A DNA stretch of 64,000 nt. Source: Octopus sinensis. Lineage: Eukaryota. A program made the position numbers and the translations under genes. A model generated the notes under the pieces. The model was given only the letters and a program-made list of their open reading frames with translations. It searched no databases and was not told where the DNA came from. The stretch is from assembly GCF_006345805.1 (NCBI RefSeq), contig NC_042997.1, positions 62,248,001-62,312,000 of the forward strand, given 5' to 3'. Of the stretch, positions 50,680-64,000 are shown piece after piece (within the stretch, counting starts at the first letter, position 1; each line of letters opens with the position of its first letter).

Positions 50680-51187
50680 TATATATATTCTTTTGCTTGT
50701 TTCAGTCATCGGACTGCAACCATGCTGGGCTACCATCTTTAAGGATCTTAGTTGAATGAATCGACCCAGGACGTTCTTTTCTTTTTAAAGCTTAGTTCTT
50801 TTTCTATTAGTGCCTTTAACGTTACATTACAAGAACGTAAACAAACGAACACCGGTTGACAAAATGGTAGTGAAGAACAGACACAGACACAATCATGCGC
50901 ATATACACACACACACACACTCACACACACACACTCATACACACACACAAACACACATATATTTATATATACACGACGGGCTCTCAGTGTCTGTCTATCA
51001 AATTCGCTCACAAGCCGGAGGAGTCGGTAGTGGTGGTGGTGGTGGTGGTGAAGTCGGCTATGGTGAAGGTGGCGGTGGTGTGGCAGCGGTGATGCACCAC
51101 TGAATAAATAAGATATATAGAACTGCAACCATTGACACCATACCTTCACCACCATGTTGTTGGCAAGCAAGCTTTTTACCAAACAGC

Positions 51188-51245
<58 letters not shown>

Positions 51246-51659
51246 GAGAGAGAGAGAGAAAGAAAGAAGAAGAGAGAGGGTATACCTCCGTCCGCCACCA
51301 CTACCATTACTAAAGATAAAGAGAGAGCTTATATACAATTTATGTTTTCAATTATTATACACGTATGTATATCATAAATACATAAATACACACTCACACA
51401 CGCGATCCACCCCCTCCCACGCACGCGCACGCGCACGCACGCACTCATACACACATATCCCATAGAAATCTGTGAAGTCCTAGTCTGCACCATAAATAAC
51501 GAAAGAAACAATTGAAGTTTGTTAAAGGTTGATGACCTAAATATTAACAAAAGGTACCACGTTAACAACATGAGCAACACTAGCGGCTACCAGGCTACCA
51601 CCAGTGAAAAAAAATGAAATATATGGAACAACTGCAACCATCGACAGCATACCTCTGTC

Positions 51660-52290
51660 CGCCACCACTATCATTACCAACACCAACACCTTCACCACCA
51701 CTATCACACCAACACCTTCACCACTCTATAACACCGCCAACGCCGCCGCCACCACCACCGCCATCGTCACCATCACCACCGCCATCGTCACCATCACCAC
51801 CGCCATCGTCACCATCACCACTGTCACCACCACCACTACCGCCACCACAGCTGACTTCACCACCACCACCACCACCGACTGCACCACCACCACCATCGCC
51901 ACCATCGCTAGCCCTACCATCACCTACCACCGCCATCCTTTGGCCACCGCCTTTCCCCGCTGCCACCGCTTCCACCACCACCGCCTTCGCCTCCTTCGCC
52001 TCCTTCGCCTCCTTCGCCGCCTTCGCCGCCTTCGCCGCCTCTTTCACCTCCGCCACCCCCATCACCACTACCATCGCCGCTACAACCGCCACCACTGTCA
52101 CTTCCACCTCTACCACTACTCTTTACTTCCACCACTAATACCTCCACCACCACTAAGGTTGCCGCCACTGCTGCTACCATCAATACCATCAGCTGCAGCA
52201 CCACCACCAACATCACAACCATCACCACTACTACAATGAAAACGACAGCGCTGATGACCACGATGACGACGACGACGACAACGACGAGAC
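51660..52290. repeat. Degenerate (ACC/CAC)n low-complexity region with 21-bp and 9-bp sub-repeats
   Basis: ACCACCGCCATCGTCACCATC x3 and CGCCTCCTT-type runs; all frames are open because the repeat lacks stop codons. Confidence 0.85.
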
Positions 52291-52514
52291 GTGCAAATAT
52301 GTTCAAACCACACCCAAGCAGTTCAAAAGAAAAGCAGTGGATAGGGTTAGCTAAAGTTATGTGCTTCGATGACAATGGCTAGAATGCTTTAGATTAAATG
52401 GCCTGCTCTATGAGAGTGACCTAGTGCCATCAGCTCACCATTACCACTAACACCATCCACACAACAACTATCGTCACCCCGCCTTGATCACTATTTATTA
52501 CTATAATTATTCAT

Positions 52515-52777
52515 AAAATAAAAATAAATGCGCTCTTTTTAAAGCCTAGCCAGTATCATGGGCCCGGTGTCCCGCTTTCTATGGCGTATGTGTTCCCTAG
52601 CTGGACGGGACGCCAGTCCATCGCAGCGTTACTCATTTTTGCCAGCTGAGTAGACTGGAGCGATGCGAAATGAAGTGTTTTGCTCAAGAACACAACGCGT
52701 CGCCCGGTCCAGGAATCGAAACCACAATCTTACGACCATGGTGCTGACACCCTAACCACTAAGTCACGCGCCTCCAC
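52515..52777 (-). mobile_element. SINE family C, full length
   Basis: A box TGACTTAGTGGTTAG, B box GTTTCGATTCC, CTTGAGCAAAACACTT (CORE-like), GCGATGGACTGGCGTCCCGTCCAG (V-domain-like), A-rich tail. Confidence 0.88.
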
Positions 52778-55727
52778 ACTAATTATTAGTCATCACAAAT
52801 TATATCACTACTACCACTAACACCACTACCAATACAATCATTGACACAAGAATAACTGTGGTTCAAGGTTCCCATCTGGACCCTGTATCGGCCCCACTAT
52901 ACGCAAGTCAGGGCAATGTCAGTTGTTAATACGTATGCTTCCTTTTTTGCACGCCGTCTATGTTGTCCAAGGGAAATGCTACCACTATAAGATCGATACA
53001 GCTTGGTACAAGTATCACTGCTGTCTTAAGACACTGGCATCCTGAGCAGTTGCCCGTGGGCCGCCCAAGTTAGAGGGCTCAATTGTAAACTATATATGCT
53101 GTGCTTTGTGGCCAATAAGCATATAATACCATAGGGCCAAGTTCAGTTATTTGCCTGAGAGTCTATAATGCTGCTAAGATGGTGTAGTTGCAGGCGTTGC
53201 CACCAGAAAAGTAAAGAGTCGAAACATACCACAAGTCATCTCCTGTTGTTGCACTCTAATACAGAGGTCCTTAACTTAGGAAGCAGCTCCCCTTAGTGAG
53301 TTGTGGGCTCACAATAAGCGGTGTTAAAGAGACGCTATAAGAGAAGCGGAGGTCAGGATTTTTCCTAGAAATAAAAAAATTTAACATCGGATAGAACGGT
53401 GGCAATTTCTTCATGTCCGAACGTCATGAGAAAGAGCGGCAAGTTCTCAAGTTACTATGGAAACTGATCTTTGACAATGCAAAGGTTTTTTCCTTGCCCG
53501 CACATAAGTAATCTTGTTCCACTTTTTAGACATAGAGATCTGGCCACATGGGCTCAGCGGGCTAAGACCGCAGCATACTTTAAATAGAGTGACCTTCTCC
53601 AAGGAGAATTGTCTTACAAGGCTGGGGAGCTCCTCCCACCCTAAAGTTATTGGAAAGGTTGTCAAAGAGGGCACAGGATTGCCTGAGTGTATTTCACTCC
53701 TTGATATGCTATTGAGAGGAGCTACTACTCCGAGTTCGAGTAGACCTGGGAACACTAAGCGGCTAAGAAGTGGTTCCAAACCCCTCAAAACTCCCAAACC
53801 AGGAACCACTATCGGATGCAGTTTAAAGTCATACCCATTGCAAACTAAGTACAATAATTATATTTAAAATGCTTTTACAAGGAAAAAAATCTTTGTTAGG
53901 TTTAAAATATAAATAGCATATTGCATTACTTGCAGGTAGAAACATAACTTGATGCACCAAGATCCAATATATGCTAGTTTTATATAAGTCCTCGCTTTGT
54001 TTTTTCATAATTTCCATAAAAATTTAAGAAGGGTGCTCTAGTTCATGCAAATATCTAAAAGGGAGTAGAGGCGTGTAGGGATTATACAAGAAAATAGGGA
54101 CAAACCACTGCATAAAATTAGATTCATATATCTTTTATTTCTTTTTTTTTTTGTTTCAATCATTGAATTGCGATCATACTGGGGCACTGCCTTGATGGGT
54201 TTAACCGAACAAATTTTTTTTTACATATACATTTTAAAATCAAACACTTATTCGGTTGGTCTGTTTTGCCGAACCACTTGGTTACGAAGGTATAAACGAA
54301 ACAAACGCCGCTTGTCGACCAGTTGTAGGGTGACAAGCAATACAAGCACAAGATCACAATACAAACACAAGATCACAACACACACACACACACACACATA
54401 CACACTTATTAACTCATATCAGAGCACTGCCGAGAAGCCATTCCGTGAAAGAGGGCGCCGAGCTACAAATAGTTCTAAAGATCTACAGCTCTAATTGTTG
54501 CACTAATCCAACGGCCTGGATTAATACCCCATTTTTGTTTTTTATTAACTCTAAAAAGATAAAAGGCAAATTTGACTCGGTCAGATTTGAACTCAGAGCG
54601 CTAGGAGTCAGAATAAATTCAGCGAAGCGTTTATTCTATCCCGATCGCCAACGACTGGCAAGTCGCTACCCAACTATTATAACTACGCCTACAATTAACC
54701 GTAATCAATCATTATTACTAGAACTATTTTGAAAAAACAAAAAAACTCAAAGAAGCACCGCCCTTAATACTACTTACATTTGATCTATTACCACATTATT
54801 CCATAACATCTGCGACAGCATTATGACCACACCCACTATTGAACTGCAACACTTACCACAATAGAAACCGCCCATTTCCATTATATCCATTATATTTTCA
54901 AATCATTCGTAGATACAATGTAAACAGAATCACTACTGCTACTCCTCTGCGTAAATATTAGAGTTGCGAGAAAGAGCAGCAAAATTCCCTCAGCGAAACA
55001 ACCTTACACCCCCAAAACAGGAATGGCATTTTAGTCAGTATTGCCATTATTACAAAAAAAGTGGGGATGATCATGGCAAAAACATTTTTAACAATATGCC
55101 TTCTGAAATGGTATTTATCTGGTGTCAAATAAGAACATTGATCAGGATATTAAAAGTAGGCGCATGTATCTAACTTTACTTAGTCAGTCCACTATATGCG
55201 TGTGTTTATGTGTATATGCATATTCACACACACACACACACACACACACACCACACACACACACACACACACACTCTCTCACACACACACGCATGCGCGC
55301 GCACACATGTGTATATATGTACGTATATATACGAGAGGGAGCTGAAAAGGTCCTAGCTCTGGGTAAAAGAAAATACAGGAGGATCAGTTAATTATGATTA
55401 TATTCAACATATTCTCCTCTCAAAAAGGCTCTTAGTTACGGGGAAGCACTTATGTAATGACTGATAGCAAGCGAGACAAAGCCAGATCATCGATGATTTT
55501 GGATTTGATTAATTCTCATCAGTGACTCTTACTGGGTGGCCGAGGGTTAAAACTTAACTTGTCAGTTTATAGAAAAATACCGTAGAATCAACGGCTTGTC
55601 TCCCTTGTCAATCATTAGATAAGTTCTTGCTCGTGGCTAAGAGTTGTTTTGACTCTTATTTCTAACAATGTTGATGCTGACTAGCACTCTTAGTCACCTT
55701 TCTGACGACTATACTTATATATATATT

Positions 55728-55782
<55 letters not shown>

Positions 55783-55890
55783 TAATTATATATATATATT
55801 ATATATAATATTAATTAGAGACAAAACCACTATTATGCAAATCAAACAAAGAAAGACTTAATCCAATACATAAAAAATATATATATATAT

Positions 55891-55921
<31 letters not shown>

Positions 55922-55967
55922 TATACGTACACACACATGTATATATATACATATATATGTATGCATG

Positions 55968-58230
<2,263 letters not shown>

Positions 58231-58670
58231 TCGTTGTCGGCGTAGTAAATCTTAGTCAGTGATTGAACTTCGTCATTTTGACGGGTGCGAAGGGTGTCTG
58301 ACTGTTCAGGCCAAGAGCGATCGCAGGGGTGCACTGATGGAGGTCGAGGAAGAGGGAGTCATTCTTTGCCCCTTCGACGTTTGCACTCTGCCTTTTGATG
58401 TCTATCAGGTCTGTTCTTTTAACGATGACACTCCGACACTTTGAGCGATCTTGGCGATTGTCTCCCTGCTATTTGGTCTAATAGAGGCTTCACGTAGTCT
58501 GGTACCTGAGGCCAACTCCGCAAAAAAGGACGAGGAAGGCGCGTTTGAGGCATACATATGAAATGTCCCGGCCAGCAGAGATGGTGGTTTTAACGCGTAG
58601 TCCAGCCTGCTGCTGTCTAACCCGGAGCAAAGCATCTTCATTGGTAGTGTAGTCTTTCCATCGAATCCTT
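58231..58670 (-). mobile_element. RTE LINE 3' fragment, tail-to-tail with the PLE
   Basis: IRIRWKDYTTNEDALLRV and AELASGTRLREA (compare GELATGTRARGRP at 33 kb). Confidence 0.7.
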
Positions 58671-58761
58671 ATGATGTATGCACGTACATACACACAGACA
58701 CACAGACACACACAAACGCACACATGCACGCACAGAGCATCTATATACATACATACATACA

Positions 58762-58793
<32 letters not shown>

Positions 58794-58999
58794 ACTATGA
58801 GTATATCTATGTACACTATATGTGTGAATGTGTGGGTTTTTGTATATATATGCATGTATATACATAAATGTATATATGTATATGTGTATATGTATTTGTT
58901 CTATTTCTTTCAATCATTTGAAAGCTTCATGTAAGGAAGGAGCGGTTTCTAACAAATATACAAAGCTCCGTTGTTTGATTATAAATAATAAAAACAATC

Positions 59000-59560
59000 T
59001 GACTAGTTGAAACTGATAAAAGTCTTGCATATTTTTACTATTCGGTTTAAAGGTTGTATTTGTAATGCACGCATTACCTCGTTGATTCCTTCTGAAATCC
59101 ATAGCTTTTTTCCAGAGTTTAGAAGCTGAAGATTTCGAAGCAGTTGTCCGTATTTATCCGCTTTCTCATTGACTTTTCGATGAGGCATTCACATTAGCAG
59201 AGCTTCTGGCCCCTGTGAGGGTACATACTTTTCCTTGTCTGTCCCAATCAACCATATCTGGCCTGTTATGTTTGCAATACGGTAGAAGATTTGAAAGAAA
59301 TTTTCCGCCAATGTTCCTTGTGTTGATGCTCATGTGTGCGTTCAATGACAAAAAGATTCTCTATGTTTAGACCAAACAATTCTTTCTTAAATGGTATTGT
59401 AATATTGTTTTAGCGATAAGGTCGAGTAGCATGGGAAGGTAATACTTTGATGATATTTTGGGGCAGCTGCTGATCACATGTGTGATATCTTCCAGTGGAA
59501 AGTGACATAGGTCAAAGTTTTCGGTTCCGACTTGGAGCTCCATGGACTTCATTTTCTCTA
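59000..59560 (-). mobile_element. Restriction-like-endonuclease non-LTR C-terminal fragment (R4/NeSL-like)
   Basis: LCHFPLEDITHVISSCP (CCHC remnant), KHNRPDMV (PD motif), KVNEKADKYGQL. Confidence 0.7.
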
Positions 59561-59908
59561 TTGTTTACTGGGTAATTTGTCGTAATATGCTTCTCTTGGA
59601 TTGCAAACGTATAGCCTTCGAAGTGCGTTGTGATGTGTTGGTATGAATCGAAGAAAAGTTGCATTTCATGTCACCATTAGTGTCATTCTGAAGTTGTTGA
59701 GAAACATAACAATGCAGTATTTTTAATTACTTTTTTTTATATATATGATATGTTGAACGTTTCACACACGCAGTTCTTCTTTAAGGTACGGTAGTCCAGC
59801 TGTTTTGGGGGTTTATGGGAGATAGTCAGAAAGCGAGCACTTCCTGAGGAGCTCAATGCGGAGCTCACATACGTAGAATGTCGTTCTTTCGCTTTACAGT
59901 TCAACGTC

Positions 59909-59951
<43 letters not shown>

Positions 59952-60088
59952 ATGTATATATATATATAATATATATATATTATATATATATATTATATAT
60001 ATATATATATATATAATATATATATAATATATAATATATACATATATATATGTATATCGAAATAAGCAACAAGGATATCCAGAGGTAA

Positions 60089-60152
60089 TGCAGTACGATC
60101 GTTTCATGCAATCATTACATCAGTTTAAAATGCAGAGCAATCCTCAGCTGCA
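60089..60152 (-). ncRNA. Minimal type-I hammerhead ribozyme motif (PLE type), best-preserved copy
   Basis: TGCAG-CTGAGGA-TTGC...GCAT-GAA-ACGATCGT-A-CTGCA. Confidence 0.78.
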
Positions 60153-61199
60153 CAAAAACATAGAATTTAATCAAATAAGAACAGATGGACACATTAGTAT
60201 AATTATACCTAAAATCTCCAAGAGATTATACATTAGTATAATTATGCCTAAAATCTTCACTCCAGCAGAGAAGTTACTAAGTTATCAAGAAGATATATAT
60301 TGTTACAGACTCTGCCTGTCACTGATTTTTTTGCTTTTATGGGGTCAGTTTTAATTTATAGATTAGTTTATCAAATCCTTGTATATTTAAGGCTGAGAAA
60401 ACAGAGAGCAGTATCTGTTAGTGGTAGAGCTGGGGGAGCAGACAGACATCATAGTTAGTATAGTCATAACAATCAAGATTTATTAGAAGCAATATCATGA
60501 GGTTTGATAAAGGAAAACTTAAATCAAGATGTTAGCGGACAATTAAGGGGGTCGCTCACTAGCAGACCATTGATAATGAAACAGGGGAAATCTTATCATG
60601 TAGTACTATAGTTAAATATTTTAAACAATGTTGCTATATAGTATACAGTTAAAGTTTAGGATTATTCAGAGGATTATTCAGAAGAATATTATAACAAAAG
60701 GATAGAAATTTATGAATACTTTTGAGTATATACCAAACTTTTAGCACAATAGAGGGAGGAAAAGAAATTATCTAGAATTAGTTTAATATTTATACATATT
60801 GTACATTTAAATACTAACTATCCAGACGGTGTCTGTGAATATTGATTAATTGGTATATACTGTATGAATAAAGGAGTATTGAAGTAAAAGAACATGCTAA
60901 TTATATATCAATAAAATTATAATTAAGTAGTGAATACACCAGTAGAGTTTTATATAAGCTAAGTATGAATTTATAGAGATACAAAAATTAGATTAGTTTT
61001 CTAAATAAAGGCTAATCATAAAATAATAAAGAAATTAAATAATCAAATAGGGCAGAACGCCATAGAAAAGGAATAAAACAGCTTAATTACTAATACTATA
61101 GTAAAGTATATGAAGCTTATTAACACCAATAGAGAAGATTTCTAGAAAAAGTATAATTAAAAATATATTAGACAAAAAATTATATATTTACTTATTTAG

Positions 61200-61218
61200 C
61201 TAATAAGTAATAATAATG

Positions 61219-61297
<79 letters not shown>

Positions 61298-61326
61298 ATA
61301 ATTATAATAATAATAATAATAATAAT
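61200..61326. repeat. (TAA)n tract forming the 5' flank of the R4 copy
   Basis: Direct observation. Confidence 0.97.
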
Positions 61327-64000
61327 GATTCTTAATGAAATCAGCAAACAATCAACGCTACTGAGCAACAAAAAGAGAACAAAAATGCTCCGCAAATATA
61401 ACATCACAGAAAAAGATTTGCCGGAGATAAAAGAAAAGCTGAAGCAAGATATCCTTGCCAAAGCTCAAAGGATCCGCCGGTACGAGAAACGCCAACGCTT
61501 CTTTGAACAGAACAAAAAGTTCAACTCCAACCCCAAAAAGTTCTACCAAGAACTGGGAAAAAAATAAAATAGAAGTCACTGCAGCACCAACGGCAGAAGA
61601 ATTGGAAGAATTCTGGAGAGAAATATGGTCAGCGAACGAACAGCTAAAAAAAAGGAGTATGAAAATAACAAACTCAGCATCTGAACAACTTTGGACCCCC
61701 ATAACAACTAAAGAGGTCACCCAGTCACTGCAAAAACTAAGCAACTGGAAGGCACCTGGGCATGACAAGATCCCCAACTTCTGGTTGAAATATCTAACAG
61801 GAATGCACAAAAAACTGGCTGAAAACTTTAACAGCATACTAGCAGAGCCAGAGACAATGCCTGAATGGCTCACGAAGGGGAAAACCATCTTAATTCCCAA
61901 ATCAAATGAAACAACAAAACCAGAAAACTACAGACCAATAACCTGCCTCCCTACTATGTTCAAGGCATTTACTGCAGTGATATCGCAAAGGCTGAACAAG
62001 CACCTGGACGAAAACAAACTGTTCCCAGAAGAGCAGAAAGGATGCCGCAAGGGCTCATATGGCTGTAAAGATCAACTAATGATTAATAAAGCCGTAACTG
62101 AAGACAGCCACAGAAAGAAGAAAGGCCTCAGTATGGCCTGGATTGACTACAAAAAGGCGTTTGATAGCATCCCCCACACATGGATCCTCGAAACACTAGC
62201 CATTAACAAAGTAGCACCAACAATCATAAAATTCATAGAGCACTCTATGAATAAATGGCAAACAGTCCTACACCTCCAAACAAAAGAGGGACTCATGAAA
62301 ACCAAAGACATCCCCATTAGAAGAGGAATATTCCAGGGAGACACACTCTCTCCACTCCTTTTCTGCTTGGCACTGTCACCTCTATCTGATATGCTAAATA
62401 GAACTGGATGCGGATATAAATGTTACGGCAAAACGATCAGCCACCTTTTATATATGGATGACCTAAAACTATACGCTGCAAATGACAAACAGCTGGAAAC
62501 ACTATTAAAGACAGTTCATGGATTTACCAAAGAAATAGATATGAAATTTGGATTAGAAAAATGCGCCAAAGTAACCATGAAAAGAGGAAAACTAGTTAAG
62601 AGTAACAACATCACACTAGATAAAACCAATGAAATAAAATAATTAGACCAAAGCCAAACTTACAAATACTTAGGAATCCATGAACTAGATAAGACACAAC
62701 ACACACAAATGAAAGAGAAAATAAAAAAAAAGAATATTATAGACGAGTTAGATCAATACTAAAAACAGAGCTCAATGCTAAAAACAAGATAATATGTATC
62801 AACACTTTAGCTGTCCCAGTTATAAGTTACAGCTACAATATCCTTAACTGGACACGAAATGAACTGTCCAAAATAGATAGGAAAACAAGAAAAATACTGA
62901 CAGGATCTAGGATGCATCACCTAAAATCTGACATAGAAAGACTATATATACAACGTATAGAAGGTGGTAGAGGCCTTATTACAGCTGGAAAACTACTATA
63001 AAATAACCACCATAGGACTGCAAAAATAACTACTTCAGAAGGAAGGAAAACTGATCCAGATAGCAGCAAAACACGAGCAAAACAAAAAACTGTTCTCAGT
63101 ATTTAAGGAAGCTGACAAATACAAACAAGAAATCATACCACCTAATAAACACGAAGAAGAAGAAGATGATGAAGAAACAACAAAAGCTATAAAACAAATG
63201 AAATCCAAACTAAAAATAGAACAGCAACGAACCATGATAAAACGATGGCAAGAAAAGCCCCTTCATGGTAAATACTGCACTAAACTAAACGCAAAAGAAA
63301 TAGACAAAGAAAAATCCCAGCAATGGTTGAGAAGCTCAGGACTCAAAGCAGAAACAGAGGGATTTTTAATTGCAGCACAAGACCAAAGCCTCCCCACCAG
63401 AAATTACCAAAAACATGTAATGAAAAGAAATATTACAAGTAACTGCAGAATATGTGGAGATGGACAAGAAACAATAAATCATATTATCTCTAGCTGCCCA
63501 GTCCTGGCTAAGAAGGAATATATTCACAGACATGACAGAGTTGGAACCTACATACATTGGAAGCTATGCCAACATTATGGAATAACAACAGAAAAAAGAT
63601 GGTATAGGCACACACCAGAAAAGGTCACAGAAAACGAGAAGGCAACCATACTCTGGGATATGCCGATACACACAGATAGAGAAATAAGGCCAACAGACCA
63701 GATATAGTTGTCAGAGATCATGAAGAAAAAAAATGCTTTCTAATTGATGTATCAATACGGCAGATGACAACGTTTCTCTAAAAGAAATGGAGAAACTCTC
63801 AAAATACAAAGACCTGGAAATAGAGGTAACTAGAATGTGGAACCTGAAAACAGAAACAATTCCTATCATAGTAGGTGCATTAGGCATGAAAAAAAAATAT
63901 TCAGACAAATACATAACAAAAACACCAGGACTTACAAACACATATAACATACAGAAAATTGCACTACTAGGCACTGCACACATCCTACGCAGAACACTTT
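61327..64000 (+). mobile_element. R4/Dong-clade element, 5'-truncated, running off the window end
   Basis: RT (ORF 61455..62642), zinc knuckle CRICGDGQETINHIISSC, RHDRV, endonuclease region (NR)PDIV...LIDVS...EKLSKYKDLEIE...ALLGTAHILRRTL; several stops and A-run indels. Confidence 0.93.

Noticed and set aside
51604-52375. Mucin-like, Pro-rich or Gly-rich ORFs in several frames
   Set aside because: They arise from degenerate (ACC)n sequence that is open on both strands, with no domain or convincing splice context. A real low-complexity exon cannot be fully excluded.

Overview
AT-rich, microsatellite-dense animal DNA, very probably from an octopus: the tRNA-derived SINEs resemble the octopus OR/OK families, one of them carrying a CORE-like domain. 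I find no host protein-coding exon, rRNA, true tRNA or CRISPR array; nearly every listed ORF is a microsatellite translation or a transposon remnant. The window is a layered transposon graveyard. It holds about nine R4/Dong-type non-LTR pieces tied to (TAA)n tracts, two of them young and near-identical (3955-7148 on -, 61327-64000 on +). It also holds a Neptune-like Penelope element (RT + GIY-YIG) inserted in (TA)n, other Penelope-like (PLE) fragments, RTE and L1/Tx1 fragments, Helitron pieces, mariner/maT/hAT remnants and more than 20 SINE copies. The most interesting signal is a dispersed set of minimal type-I hammerhead-ribozyme (HHR) motifs: CUGANGA, stem II, GAA, palindromic stem III, NUH. 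Two copies (35.5 kb and 60.1 kb) have intact cores and covarying stem I. Six or seven fold-back (long inverted-repeat) elements all have their axis of symmetry inside or next to such a hammerhead, several of them precisely within stem II. All calls were made by eye; family names and ribozyme activity are untested.
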